Shown here piece by piece: positions 10,804 to 21,530 of a stretch of 64,000 nucleotides of DNA. The stretch's first letter is position 1. The number at the start of each line of letters is the position of its first letter. A program made the position numbers and the translations under genes. Below the pieces are notes generated by a model, which saw nothing but the letters and a program-made list of their open reading frames with translations, had not been told where the DNA came from and did no database searches. Source of the stretch: a virus; the IMG/VR virus record IMGVR_UViG_3300013119_001061, one strand, 5' to 3'.

Positions 10804-10839
10804 GGTATATTTAAGAATGATATCTTGGAGATTTAAGTA

Positions 10840-13800
10840 ATGGGTGAACGTACTTTTAAAAGCCCGGGAGTAAGAGCTTTTGAGATTGATAGATCAGGAC
10901 CAACTCCTTCTGGGCCTACCGGTGTTCCAGCAGGTGTTATAGGAACCTCACAAGAGGGGCCAGCTTTTGTCCCGGTTACAGTATCAAACTTTTCCGAATT
11001 TGAAACAAAGTTTGGTTTTATAGATGGATCACAATTTGGTCCGTTAGCTGCTCAAGAATGGCTTAAGAATGCAGGAGCTTTGACATATGTTAGGGTTCTT
11101 GGAGCAGGTGATGGAAAAAGAAGATCAACATCTGATGGAACTGTAACGCGAGCAGGATTTGTTGTCGGTGATCAACAACCTTTGGCAACACAATACCTCG
11201 GAGATAATCCGAGTGCCAACACAGGCGGCCCCGGAGGCCAGCTAGGTAGAACATATTTTCTAGGCTGTTATATGTCAGAATCTGCAGGGAGTACAATCTT
11301 GCAAGATTCAGGGATAGAAAGAGCGGCCGATACCGATACTGTTCGAGGAGCATCATCAATACTTCGAGGAGTTCTAATGGCCGCCTCGGGCGTTGCTCTA
11401 AGATTATCTTCCTCGAACGGCGTTGTTAATAGCACGACCCCCGCCTCGTCAGATGATTCTTCAACAGTCAGAGGATTTCTTACGGGTACTGTTAACTTTG
11501 TTAATACATCTCCAAAATTCACTATGCTTCTTCCGGGTCACAAAGGAAGTGATTATCCAAGAGTTCTAACTGCGTCTTTTGACCCTACAGATAAAGATTA
11601 TTTTGCTAATACATTCAATAAGGACCCGCAAAAGATTCAAGATCATGGCTACGTTCTCTATACGCACTACGATGTTTATCCTAGCTTTGCTGTAGTAACA
11701 GGATCAGGAATCACAGCTAAGGGTAGATCTATGATCAATAGCGCAGTTTCACCCGCAGGCCTCTATTCAGGAAGTGCAGATGTCGCATTCTTGCTCACGG
11801 GTGCCTTAGGAAGAGATGCAGGCGCAACAGCCACACCTAATTTTGAAAACTTTAGAGAAAGATTTAGAGCAGCAAGAACACCATTTATTGTATCACAAAA
11901 ATTTGGTGGATCTGCAAAAGATCTATTTAGAGTTCATATGCTTAGCGACGGAGTTCTTAAAGGAAAATCGTCAGATTCAGTAGGGTCTAATACAAAGTAT
12001 AAGCTTTCAATTGAAAACGTCGCTAAGTCATCAGATGCTTTGAATAAATACGGAACATTCGATCTTGTCCTTAGAGACTTCTATGATAATGATGAAAATG
12101 TATTTGTATATGAGTCGCATAGAGGTCTTACCTTAGATCCTACATCGACAAATTATATTGCAAGAAGAATCGGCGATTTAAACACGTATTACGACTTTGA
12201 TCAAGCAGCAGGATCGCAAAAACTTGTTGTAGAAGGAAAATATCCCAATGTTTCAAGTAGAATTCGAGTTGAAGTATCGTCCGATGTAGATGAAGACGAG
12301 ATAGATGATGAAGCACTTCCCGTTGGATTTAGAGGCTTAGATCACCTTCTAACCTCAGGTTCTAATGCATTAGCAGCACCACCCGATTCATCAGGTGGTG
12401 CACATCAAATTCAAAAAAATCCATCGCTTGTTCTAAAATCAGCTGTCCAACCCCCGGTGCCTTTAAGAGAAAATATTGCAATGGGTCTTGCTCCCAAGAA
12501 GATTCCAAACAAATCTCTTTATTGGGGTGTTCAATTTGAAAAGAAAATACTTTTAAATGAGCCAAATAAAAGCTCAGTTATTGATCCCACTATTGCCAGC
12601 TTTACAAAATTCTTTCCAGATTTTGCAGTTTCAAATCTTAATGTTATGACTGGATCAAATGCTGGAGAAGCAGATTCTAGTGGGTTTGTATTAGATTGTG
12701 ATAAGTTTAACAACAATGGCTTTACACTTGAAAATGTTAGAGTTGCAACTGGTTCGAACGGCTTAGCAACAACGGTAGATAGTTATCTTGTTAATAGCTG
12801 GTCCTACGTAAGAGATGGTGATATCTCAATTAGCGATGCAAATAAAACAAGAGCATTCAATGTGTCAGATACAGCAAGCCCAGCTGTTAGAAGACTTGCT
12901 AAATTCACAATGCCATTCCAGCAAGGATTTGATGGATCTAATATATTTGATAAAAATGCTGCAAGCCTATCTAATCTCTCTGCTAAGGGAGAAATGGATG
13001 ACTCTAATAGAGGATTAACAGCAGGAAATACTGTTGCGGCATTTAAAAAAGCGCTAGACGTTATGGGAGAAAAAGCAGATGTTAATATCCAGCTTCTAGC
13101 TCTTCCCGGAATGAGAGTTTCAACTATAACTGATGATGCAATTTCAACTGTTGAAAATAGATTTGATGCACTATACTTGATGGACATTGAAGAAAGAGAT
13201 ACAGTAAACTCTGTAGTTACATCTTCTATTCAAAACGTAAGTGTAACAAATACAGTTTCGTCATTTAATGATAGATCTTTAGACAGTTCATTTGCTGCAG
13301 CATACTTCCCAGACTTGAACGTAGATGTTCAGGTTAAAACACTAAATACAGCAACAAAAACAGTCGTTGCCAATACTGCGACTGTTCAAGTACCGCCTTC
13401 GGTTTCTGTTCTCGGAGCATTTGCATTTAATGATGCTGTAGCATTCCCGTGGTTTGCTCCTGCGGGCTTTGCAAGAGGCTCTATGGGTGCACAATCAATT
13501 GCAGTAAGATTGAATGAAGATAATATCGATGATCTAAACGACAAGAGCATTAATCCAATTATTAGCTTCCCAAATAGTCAAGGCCCGGTCATATTCGGAC
13601 AAAGAACATTGCAATCAGCAGCATCTGCTTTAGACCGCGTAAATGTTAGACGACTCTTGATTGACTTGAGAAGATCTGTAAAACAAGTCGCCCAACAATT
13701 AATTTTTGAACCAAACAGAGAATCAACATTGCAAAGATTTACTGCACTCGTCACTCCGATCATGAAGCGCGTCCAGCAAAATCAGGGCATCGATCGATTC

Positions 13801-13947
13801 CGTGTTATTATTGATTCTAGCACTACAACACAAGTAGATATCGAAAATAATACAGTTAGAGGCAAAATCTTTTTACAGCCTACACGAACAGCAGAGTTTA
13901 TTTCTCTAGATTTTGTTGTAACAAATTCAGGAGTAGAAGGACTTTGA
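10840..13947 (+). CDS. gp18: Tail sheath protein 2 (paralog)
   Basis: SPGVRAFEID, EGPAFVP, PWFAPAGFARG, FGQRTL, LDRVNVRR, FEPN, PTRTAEFI. Confidence 0.95.
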   Translation: MGERTFKSPGVRAFEIDRSGPTPSGPTGVPAGVIGTSQEGPAFVPVTVSNFSEFETKFGFIDGSQFGPLAAQEWLKNAGALTYVRVLGAGDGKRRSTSDGTVTRAGFVVGDQQPLATQYLGDNPSANTGGPGGQLGRTYFLGCYMSESAGSTILQDSGIERAADTDTVRGASSILRGVLMAASGVALRLSSSNGVVNSTTPASSDDSSTVRGFLTGTVNFVNTSPKFTMLLPGHKGSDYPRVLTASFDPTDKDYFANTFNKDPQKIQDHGYVLYTHYDVYPSFAVVTGSGITAKGRSMINSAVSPAGLYSGSADVAFLLTGALGRDAGATATPNFENFRERFRAARTPFIVSQKFGGSAKDLFRVHMLSDGVLKGKSSDSVGSNTKYKLSIENVAKSSDALNKYGTFDLVLRDFYDNDENVFVYESHRGLTLDPTSTNYIARRIGDLNTYYDFDQAAGSQKLVVEGKYPNVSSRIRVEVSSDVDEDEIDDEALPVGFRGLDHLLTSGSNALAAPPDSSGGAHQIQKNPSLVLKSAVQPPVPLRENIAMGLAPKKIPNKSLYWGVQFEKKILLNEPNKSSVIDPTIASFTKFFPDFAVSNLNVMTGSNAGEADSSGFVLDCDKFNNNGFTLENVRVATGSNGLATTVDSYLVNSWSYVRDGDISISDANKTRAFNVSDTASPAVRRLAKFTMPFQQGFDGSNIFDKNAASLSNLSAKGEMDDSNRGLTAGNTVAAFKKALDVMGEKADVNIQLLALPGMRVSTITDDAISTVENRFDALYLMDIEERDTVNSVVTSSIQNVSVTNTVSSFNDRSLDSSFAAAYFPDLNVDVQVKTLNTATKTVVANTATVQVPPSVSVLGAFAFNDAVAFPWFAPAGFARGSMGAQSIAVRLNEDNIDDLNDKSINPIISFPNSQGPVIFGQRTLQSAASALDRVNVRRLLIDLRRSVKQVAQQLIFEPNRESTLQRFTALVTPIMKRVQQNQGIDRFRVIIDSSTTTQVDIENNTVRGKIFLQPTRTAEFISLDFVVTNSGVEGL

Positions 13948-14000
13948 TGGACGTTTTTGTCGCAACTCCATATTTAATAACGTCTGATTAGGAGATCGTA

Positions 14001-14489
14001 ATGGCTGAAACTCTTTCCGTTTCTGAAATGCTTCCAAATAAGTTTGAACCGAAACGCAATTTTCGGTGGGTTTTTTCTATTGAAGGTATTGATGCCTTCT
14101 TAATGAAAGAGGCTGCACGCCCACAAATACAAACTCCAGACAAGGCTATTCCATTTATTAATCACACGCGCTATGTTGCAGGACGAACAACCTTTAGCAC
14201 TCTTGGTGTAACACTTTATGATCCAATTGCACCATCGGGTGCACAACAAGTTATGGAGTGGATTCGCACGCATTTTGAATCAGTCTCAGGGCGATCTGGC
14301 TATGCTGACTTTTATAAACGTGATTGCCAAATTAAAATGCTAGATCCAATCGGAACTGTTGTAGAATTGTGGGACATTAAAGGTGCATTTATTACAGATG
14401 CTAACTATGGAACTCTAAGCTATGACAGTGATGATCCATCAAATATTACACTCACGCTAAGATTTGACAATTGCGTTCTTCAATACTGA
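14001..14489 (+). CDS. gp19: Tail tube protein (gp19-like)
   Basis: 162 aa after the sheaths; FEPKR.FRW, YVAGR, EW, YKRD, L.Y..DD...ITLTLRFD. Confidence 0.9.
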   Translation: MAETLSVSEMLPNKFEPKRNFRWVFSIEGIDAFLMKEAARPQIQTPDKAIPFINHTRYVAGRTTFSTLGVTLYDPIAPSGAQQVMEWIRTHFESVSGRSGYADFYKRDCQIKMLDPIGTVVELWDIKGAFITDANYGTLSYDSDDPSNITLTLRFDNCVLQY

Positions 14490-14566
14490 TCTTTCTTAAA
14501 TAATTTGTCAATTTAGAGTTTAACAGTTTTTGTGCCTGTAATACAATTACAGCGTAGGGAGACTTT

Positions 14567-15415
14567 ATGTCTAGAAATGAAATTTTTAATAAGGCTGGAG
14601 GCACACCGCCAGTTCCTTCAATGATGAAAGAAACACAGTCACAACTTTCTCAAGAATTGGGATTTGATATTCCGGTCGAGACTGTTCCTTTGCCTTCTCT
14701 TGGGAAGGTTTATCCTGAGAATCATCCACTTCATATGTCACAAACTGTTGATATCAGAGCAATGACAGCCAGGGAAGAAGATATCCTTACGTCAAGAGCA
14801 TTATTAAAAAACGGTAGTATGATTACACGCTTAATTGGATCTTGTCTGACTGATAAAAATATTGACCCGAATACACTTCTATCAGGTGATAGAAATGCAA
14901 TTTTAACTGCTATTAGAATTACCGGATATGGGTCTGACTATAATTCTAATATTACATGCCCATCTTGTGAAGTAGGACAAGTTCATATTTGCAATCTAAC
15001 AGACTTGCCAATCAAGTCACTTGATATTGACCCAATAGCACAAGGCCAGAATGAATTTGAAATGGTTTTGCCTATGACCGGTAAAAGAATAACTCTGAAG
15101 TTCACTACAGGCTATGATGAAAAAGAGTCACAAACAATAGAAGAAAGAAAAAAGAAGCAAGGTCTTGTGTCAGAATCTTCTGTTACAGATAACCTATTCA
15201 GGGCAATTCTTTCAATTGAAGGAAATTCTGATAGGACGTTTATCAACAAGTTTGTTCGTAATATGCCTGCAAAAGATTCTTTAGCAGCAAGATCATATAT
15301 AAAGCTTAATGAACCAACCGTAATGATGTCTTCACATTTTACATGCAAGAATTGCGCGCACGAGGAGGTGCTTCCCCTTCCAATAGGGGCTACCTTTCTT
15401 TGGCCTGAATCCTGA
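14567..15415 (+). CDS. Tail/baseplate assembly chaperone (gp26-like) with two CxxC pairs
   Basis: VPLPSLGKVY, MTAREEDILTS, GDRNAIL..IRITGYG, CPSC, CKNC, FLWP end; lies between tube and tape measure. Confidence 0.8.
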   Translation: MSRNEIFNKAGGTPPVPSMMKETQSQLSQELGFDIPVETVPLPSLGKVYPENHPLHMSQTVDIRAMTAREEDILTSRALLKNGSMITRLIGSCLTDKNIDPNTLLSGDRNAILTAIRITGYGSDYNSNITCPSCEVGQVHICNLTDLPIKSLDIDPIAQGQNEFEMVLPMTGKRITLKFTTGYDEKESQTIEERKKKQGLVSESSVTDNLFRAILSIEGNSDRTFINKFVRNMPAKDSLAARSYIKLNEPTVMMSSHFTCKNCAHEEVLPLPIGATFLWPES

Positions 15416-15617
15416 AGATAGAGAAATATTTCTTGAAAGTGCTTTTTTATTAATGCGCTATGGAGGATTCTCATATTCTGAGTGTTATAAACTGCCTGTG
15501 CAATATAGAACATGGTTTATCGACAGAATAGTAAAAGAAGTTAGTAAGGAAAAAAATGCTAATAGAAGCGCAAGAAATACTAGAAATAATTCTAATATGA
15601 CAAGAAGATTCACTTAG
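15399..15617 (+). CDS. +1-frame extension of the tail chaperone (G/GT-like); an independent ATG start at 15453 is also possible
   Basis: Not in the ORF track; FGLNPEDREIFLESAFLLMRYGGFSYSECYKLPVQYRTWFIDRIVKE... overlaps the end of 14567..15415 at TTT CTT TGG. Confidence 0.7.
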   Translation, partial: FGLNPEDREIFLESAFLLMRYGGFSYSECYKLPVQYRTWFIDRIVKEVSKEKNANRSARNTRNNSNMTRRFT

Positions 15618-15649
15618 CGCATATTTAGCCATAAGGATCTATAAAACTC

Positions 15650-17713
15650 ATGGCAGACTCTAAAAAACCCGAGCAGACTACCAAGTCAGTTGAAGAATTG
15701 ACTGCAGCCTTAGAGCGTTTGCAGTCTGTTTTAAGTAACTTTAATTCTGGAGCAACAGGCCTAACAGATCTTAAAAAATCTCTAGAAAAGCACCAGGAAC
15801 TAGTTGCGCAAGTTGCAGAATCACAAAACAAGTCAACACGTGCATTTTTAGAAAACAGTAAAAAACATAAAGCAGTTCAAATTGAAGCTTCTCGAGCTAT
15901 GAATCTTCATAATCAAACACTTCAAAGCAATAAAATATCTATAGACAAATATAACGACGCACTTAAGGCAGTAGGCATTACTATTGGTGCAAAATTACTT
16001 GCAAAAAAACTTCACTTAGAAAAGCTGGGAAATGCATTTAATAGTCTGGGCAAACCTTTGCTCGACATTGAGCAAAGATCAATAAAGACGTTTGGAACTA
16101 TTGAAACAGGCGCCGGCCGCCTAGCGTCTGAGGGCGGCAAGGCACTAAGATCATTTCTTTCTGAGCAAAATACAGGTCTAGCTGCTTCTAGCGCTTCTTT
16201 GCAAACTTTTTCATTCAGTATTGAAAAAGCAAGAGAACAAGCTGTTGAAGAGCTTGAAGGATTAACAAAGGCAGCAGGTGCTAATGCAGAAAGATTTGCA
16301 GCAGAACTCTCTGATCCAAAAGCTCTAATAGGAATAAGGGCAATGAGAGAAGCCCTTGGTCTTGCCACAGAAGATGTGGGCACTTATATAGACAGAGCAG
16401 CTGCCTTTGGAACATCTGTCTCAGCACAACTCGCATCAGCTGTAAGAGCAACTAAAAAATATGCTAAAGAAACAGGTGTTTCTTTTGGACAAGTTAAGAA
16501 AGGCCAGGATGTACTAAGAAAAAATACAAAATCATTTGCAACATTTTCAGAACAACAACTGGCAAGAGTAGCAGCCGCCTCTGCAAAAACAGGGGTCTCA
16601 TTAGCAACAATGGGAGGTGGCCTCATTGATAGCTTTGATAGTTTTGATCAAGCTGCTGAAAAAGCTGCAATGCTTGGGCAGTCATTTGGAATGAGCATCG
16701 ATGCCTTCGATCTATTTGCTGCAGAGTCTCCCGAAGAAAGATTGCAATTAATTCAAAAGTCAGCTGAACAAGCGGGTATTGATATTGCTAATATGGGCCG
16801 CCGGGAACTCAATTACTTGTCTGAGCTTACAGGTATGGGTGTTGAAGATACAATGAAAGCATTAGGTCAAGGAGGCTTAGAAGTAGCTGCTGAAGTATCA
16901 AGTATGTCAGGAGCTGAAGATTTACAAGCTTCTCTTGTAGCGGCTCAAGGAGAAAACTCTAGAACAGTCAAAGAATTGACAACTGCGATAAGGGCACACA
17001 TTCCTACATTTGTTGATTCTGGTGAAGATATTTTGGCAGGAAGCATTGATAGACTTATTAGAAATGCAACCGGTTTAAGGGGCGCCGCCGAAGAACAAGT
17101 AGGTGTTAGTGTCAGGGGCGCAATATCAGGAAAAGTACTTCCAGAATCTGGACAATCTCCGGGTGGCATCATGGGCCAAATTGCAAAAATTACATCAGAC
17201 CCCAAATGGGCTAAAGCACAACAAGAAATGATGACGGTATTTTTGCATGAGGGCGAAGCCGGCGCAACCAGACTATCAGAAGTTTTTGTAAAACATGCAG
17301 AAAAAATAACACAAACATCATCAACTTCGGCAGGAATAAAACAGCTAGCATCAGAAATAACAGAGTACGGCAAAGAAAAAATCCAAAAAATCAAAGATGC
17401 GGGAGGAAAAATCCTGCAATCAAACTTAGCAAAAAATGCTAAAAGAATGTTGCCAGGATCTGATCAGGGCGGCACAACCGAAAGATCAGAAATGCTTTCT
17501 GCTACTGCAGAGACAGAAACAAATGCGGCAATGAGAAAAGGTTTGGCTCCGTCTTCGTCAAGCGGCCCAATAAATCTTGTTGTCAATGTTTCTCTTCCTG
17601 TTGACGGCGATGCAATTGCAACTGCTGCATACAAAGGAAGTATTCGTCCTGATGTAACGGGTGAGCAGGCACTTCAAGCAGCCGCCGCCGGCGAAAACGT
17701 GGCAGATCAATAA
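15650..17713 (+). CDS. Probable tape measure protein
   Basis: Ala/Gly/Lys-rich helical 687-aa protein directly after the chaperone. Confidence 0.7.
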   Translation: MADSKKPEQTTKSVEELTAALERLQSVLSNFNSGATGLTDLKKSLEKHQELVAQVAESQNKSTRAFLENSKKHKAVQIEASRAMNLHNQTLQSNKISIDKYNDALKAVGITIGAKLLAKKLHLEKLGNAFNSLGKPLLDIEQRSIKTFGTIETGAGRLASEGGKALRSFLSEQNTGLAASSASLQTFSFSIEKAREQAVEELEGLTKAAGANAERFAAELSDPKALIGIRAMREALGLATEDVGTYIDRAAAFGTSVSAQLASAVRATKKYAKETGVSFGQVKKGQDVLRKNTKSFATFSEQQLARVAAASAKTGVSLATMGGGLIDSFDSFDQAAEKAAMLGQSFGMSIDAFDLFAAESPEERLQLIQKSAEQAGIDIANMGRRELNYLSELTGMGVEDTMKALGQGGLEVAAEVSSMSGAEDLQASLVAAQGENSRTVKELTTAIRAHIPTFVDSGEDILAGSIDRLIRNATGLRGAAEEQVGVSVRGAISGKVLPESGQSPGGIMGQIAKITSDPKWAKAQQEMMTVFLHEGEAGATRLSEVFVKHAEKITQTSSTSAGIKQLASEITEYGKEKIQKIKDAGGKILQSNLAKNAKRMLPGSDQGGTTERSEMLSATAETETNAAMRKGLAPSSSSGPINLVVNVSLPVDGDAIATAAYKGSIRPDVTGEQALQAAAAGENVADQ

Positions 17714-17714
17714 A

Positions 17715-17891
17715 ATGAGTAAAAAAATACATAGTAATAATATAAGCACTCCTGCTATTAATAAAGTACTTGAGATTCTTCCTGAGGAAAGTCAAAATCG
17801 AGTTAGAGAAGAATTAAAAATTTATACAGATACTTTGGCAAAAGCATTAAAGGCAATCAAGATTCTTAGCGGAGACAAGAATGGCAAATGA
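17715..17891 (+). CDS. Small hypothetical protein
   Basis: ATG 17715 just after the tape measure stop; fills the gap to the next gene. Confidence 0.5.
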   Translation: MSKKIHSNNISTPAINKVLEILPEESQNRVREELKIYTDTLAKALKAIKILSGDKNGK

Positions 17892-20800
17892 AACAAAAAA
17901 AATTCTTGTCCCAAAAGATAAAAATGGTAATGGAAAACTTGGCAATGATTTTACAGCAGCAAATGCTAATTATGAAAATCTTCCCGATGTTCAAAGAGCA
18001 GGAATGGATGATTTGCCGTATAATGCTCAACCTATCGTAGATAACGTCGAAGCTGCAAGTATTAGTTCTATTCAAGATAAGGTAAAAGCGGATACACAGA
18101 TTAATTCTCGTCAACCTGGCGATATAAATAGCTTGGAATCTTCAACACAATTTTTACCAGGATCCCGCCGACCAGGAACAATTGATCGACCAAGTCAAAC
18201 TGCAACTTTGGGTCAATTCTTAAAGCAAGGTCGCCCAGGAAGAAGAATACAAAATAGTGACCAGATTGGCATTGATCATAATGGGAACGAAGTAAGTAGA
18301 AAGTTAGGTGGTGATATCCTAAGAGATATCAATACACAAACGCAGGGACGATTTTCAACTAGCCCACACGGAAGATCAGTTGCTGGCACCCCCGGTCCAG
18401 CATATGGAACCCCAGAAGTTCAAAGTGGCGCTGGCCCAGTTGTAAAAAGTTCAGTATCTGCTGTCTTGGGTATAAATCGATTTGCAGCTATTGGTGAAAA
18501 ATCTTTTGCCACTGCAGAAACAAATCCTGATAAACAAGTAGTAGGATCCTTCCAGCCAGAAGTGGGGTCATATAATCCTAATACAGGAGATGATCCGACA
18601 CAATTTGGTCAATCATTCAATATTGAAAAGCTGAAGTCTATTGGAATCGACATGCTCCGCGCCGCCGCTGGAATTCATGAAGAAAATGCTGTTAACAAAG
18701 ATGTTCAAATGGGAAGATCTAGTTTGAGCGCAGATTCATTGCGCCCAAGAAATTTATCATCTGGAGAGATCAATAAAGAGTCATTTGATGTATCAAAAGC
18801 TTCCACAGGAGAATTCAATCAACCGGAAGATGGAAAACCAAATTTATCATATGGACAACTCAACACGCCGGGTTCACCATTTGCTAGTTTGACTCCGAAT
18901 GAAATGAAAGCACTTTCAAGTGCAATCATTGCTATAACTGTAGAAGCAATACATTCTAATTCTCTAGTTAATACATTAGTTGCTGGGGCATCTAACAGTT
19001 CGTCTCATGGAAGCGCTCCATATACTAAAGGCAGTTTTGTAGAAAAGCCCAAAAATGGCGGAGCTTTTGGAAGATCAGCAGTAATTTCACAATCAGATCT
19101 TGGATTTATTAATACAGAAATTGAATTTTCATTGGCTGTTGATGCTGGATTAGCAATTCTTTTAGGCGATAATAGCACAGGAATAGTTGAAAAATTCTCT
19201 GGAAATTTAAATTTACAAAATAGCATTAATCAAGCAAAACAAAACATTGACGCTGCCCCCGGGTTTTATGTTAATTTTTGTAGAGCTATTTTAAAAGACT
19301 CACAAAATCTTAGTGAAAAATTTGCAGAAGTAGGAAATATGGGCACAGGTTCTACTGAGGGAGTTGCTGCCGCAATTGGAATTATAGATGTATTTAGATC
19401 ATCTAAACTAGTTGCTTGCATTAATACGCTAGCCACTATTGGAGACTCTGCATCCAGAGCTTCATCTAGCCCATATTCAATTGATCAAATTTCTCCTTCG
19501 GGCGATATTGGAATTCTTAATGATGGTGCAATTGGAGTGTCATATAATCCAGCATCACACGCAATGAAAAGTCGAGATGGTAATAAAGTTGCAGGAGGTG
19601 TTGATTCACTTCGTCTTGCATGGAGAAGTTCCTCGACTCCAAGCATGTATCTCCTCCCAGCAGAAATTGAATATGGTAGTGTAATAAATGGTGCTAAAGG
19701 AACTACACCCGGAACTGAATCACCTATGGCTGCGCATGCAAACATGGAAGGGATCACAAAATCAGATTCAAGCGGTAGACTTCCGCAGGAGTTTGTTGAA
19801 AAGCATGAAGAAATTTTAGATGCTGAATATGTTCCATTCTATTTTCATGATCTTCGAACAAATGAAATAATTTCATTTCATGCATTCTTAGAAAGTCTAA
19901 GTGATGGATTCGCTGCCCAATATACACCTTCGCAAGGAATCGGAAGAGCAGAGCCAATAAAGCTATACAAGGGGACAACAAGATCTATTGGATTTAATTT
20001 TATTGTTGCTGCAACTAGTAGAGACGACTTCAATGAAATGTGGTTCAAGATCAATAAGCTTGTTACAATGCTCTACCCGCAGTATACACAAGGCCGCGAA
20101 GCAGGAAACCCCACAGAAATATTTGGCCAGCCTATTTTTGGCCAAAACTTTATAATGCCCTTTTCTCAAGTAATGTCTGCTTCTCCAATGATTCGTCTTA
20201 GAATTGGTGATGTTGTTAAGTCAAACTTTTCAAAATTCAATCTATCTAGATTGTTTGGCTTGGGAACACCTCAATTAGATCCAATGTCCGCCGGCCTAGG
20301 CGTCCCAGCGGCATCATTGGTAGTGTATAGATTGTTATTTCAGGGTCTGGGAATTGTAAACAATCTTCCCATCCCTGGCATAGCAAAAACAGCAATTTTA
20401 AATTCAGCAACAGTTCAATCAAATATTCTTGAGGCTTCACGCTTAATAAAAGAAAATGCCAGAAAACTTCCGGTTAGCAATTCTAATGATGCATATGGCT
20501 ACAAAGTCGGAGACATAGTTAGATTAGGATTTCCAGACATTAGAAAGCTTAAACTAGCATCTGGGAATGGATCCCCAGAGCTCTTTTTAAATTATAGAAA
20601 TGCATTTGCAAAAATAGTTTCATTGCCAATTTTTGACGAACAAGGATCTGCAAAGTCTGTTAGATATCGTGTTCAACTATCAACTACATTTGAAAATGCA
20701 AGAACTGGAATCACAGATATATCTGGTCCGACAAATACATATTTTATAAGTCATCATGATGTTTCTCTCGTACCCGGTGGACTAATGAAAGAAAGGCTGG

Positions 20801-21234
20801 TTATTGACGGTTTAAGAAAGGCAACTGGAAAAGCTAACGTTCTTTATAGCACATCTGTTCTTACGTTCTTATCAAGCTTTCAAAATGCAGTTGTTCGATC
20901 ATTTGAGCACTCTGGCGGAAAAGGCCTCCCGGGATTTGTTAAAAACTTAAGCTTTCAATGGATAGGGCAAGATTCAACATGGGAAGTTGATCGTGGATCT
21001 AGAGCGCCAAAGTTTTGCAAAATTCAAGTTAGTTTTGATCCTGTTCACGACATTGCGCCAGGACTTGATCATACCGGCTATAATAGAGCACCAGTTTATC
21101 CTGTCGGCGATGTTGTTAACAATATTGCAGGTAAGTCAAATGATTGGGCTGATGAAGCTGTTAGTAGTTCCGGAGAATATCTCGATAATGCAGTTTCATG
21201 GGTATCTAATAAGACTGAGGATATATTTGAATAA
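17881..21234 (+). CDS. Baseplate / tail-tube-initiator-like structural protein
   Basis: YVPFYFHDLRT..ISFHAFLESLSD, GRAEPIKLYKGTTRSIGFNF, PMIRLRIGD, WEV..G.RAPK. Confidence 0.65.
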   Translation: MANETKKILVPKDKNGNGKLGNDFTAANANYENLPDVQRAGMDDLPYNAQPIVDNVEAASISSIQDKVKADTQINSRQPGDINSLESSTQFLPGSRRPGTIDRPSQTATLGQFLKQGRPGRRIQNSDQIGIDHNGNEVSRKLGGDILRDINTQTQGRFSTSPHGRSVAGTPGPAYGTPEVQSGAGPVVKSSVSAVLGINRFAAIGEKSFATAETNPDKQVVGSFQPEVGSYNPNTGDDPTQFGQSFNIEKLKSIGIDMLRAAAGIHEENAVNKDVQMGRSSLSADSLRPRNLSSGEINKESFDVSKASTGEFNQPEDGKPNLSYGQLNTPGSPFASLTPNEMKALSSAIIAITVEAIHSNSLVNTLVAGASNSSSHGSAPYTKGSFVEKPKNGGAFGRSAVISQSDLGFINTEIEFSLAVDAGLAILLGDNSTGIVEKFSGNLNLQNSINQAKQNIDAAPGFYVNFCRAILKDSQNLSEKFAEVGNMGTGSTEGVAAAIGIIDVFRSSKLVACINTLATIGDSASRASSSPYSIDQISPSGDIGILNDGAIGVSYNPASHAMKSRDGNKVAGGVDSLRLAWRSSSTPSMYLLPAEIEYGSVINGAKGTTPGTESPMAAHANMEGITKSDSSGRLPQEFVEKHEEILDAEYVPFYFHDLRTNEIISFHAFLESLSDGFAAQYTPSQGIGRAEPIKLYKGTTRSIGFNFIVAATSRDDFNEMWFKINKLVTMLYPQYTQGREAGNPTEIFGQPIFGQNFIMPFSQVMSASPMIRLRIGDVVKSNFSKFNLSRLFGLGTPQLDPMSAGLGVPAASLVVYRLLFQGLGIVNNLPIPGIAKTAILNSATVQSNILEASRLIKENARKLPVSNSNDAYGYKVGDIVRLGFPDIRKLKLASGNGSPELFLNYRNAFAKIVSLPIFDEQGSAKSVRYRVQLSTTFENARTGITDISGPTNTYFISHHDVSLVPGGLMKERLVIDGLRKATGKANVLYSTSVLTFLSSFQNAVVRSFEHSGGKGLPGFVKNLSFQWIGQDSTWEVDRGSRAPKFCKIQVSFDPVHDIAPGLDHTGYNRAPVYPVGDVVNNIAGKSNDWADEAVSSSGEYLDNAVSWVSNKTEDIFE

Positions 21235-21530
21235 TGACAATATCAAGATACGATAGAGATTCACTAGCTAATAATGGACGATCTTTTGGGTCGTCGCAGT
21301 CTATAGTTTTAATAAGAAAAGCCATAAGAATGAATAAGATTAGCTTAAAAGAAACAATATCAGCAGAAAATGAAAGATTAGATATAATTGCTGGGCAACA
21401 ATATCAAGATGCATCTTTGTGGTGGGTTATAGCAGCAGCTAGCAATATTGGCTGGGGATTACAAATACCTGCAGGAACTCGACTTCGAATACCCACAGAT
21501 ATCTCCCAAATAATGGAGATAATATCTTGA
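21234..21530 (+). CDS. LysM-like baseplate wedge protein (gp53 / tail X-like)
   Basis: ERLDIIAGQQYQDASLWWVIAAAS...GTRLRIP. Confidence 0.8.
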   Translation: MTISRYDRDSLANNGRSFGSSQSIVLIRKAIRMNKISLKETISAENERLDIIAGQQYQDASLWWVIAAASNIGWGLQIPAGTRLRIPTDISQIMEIIS

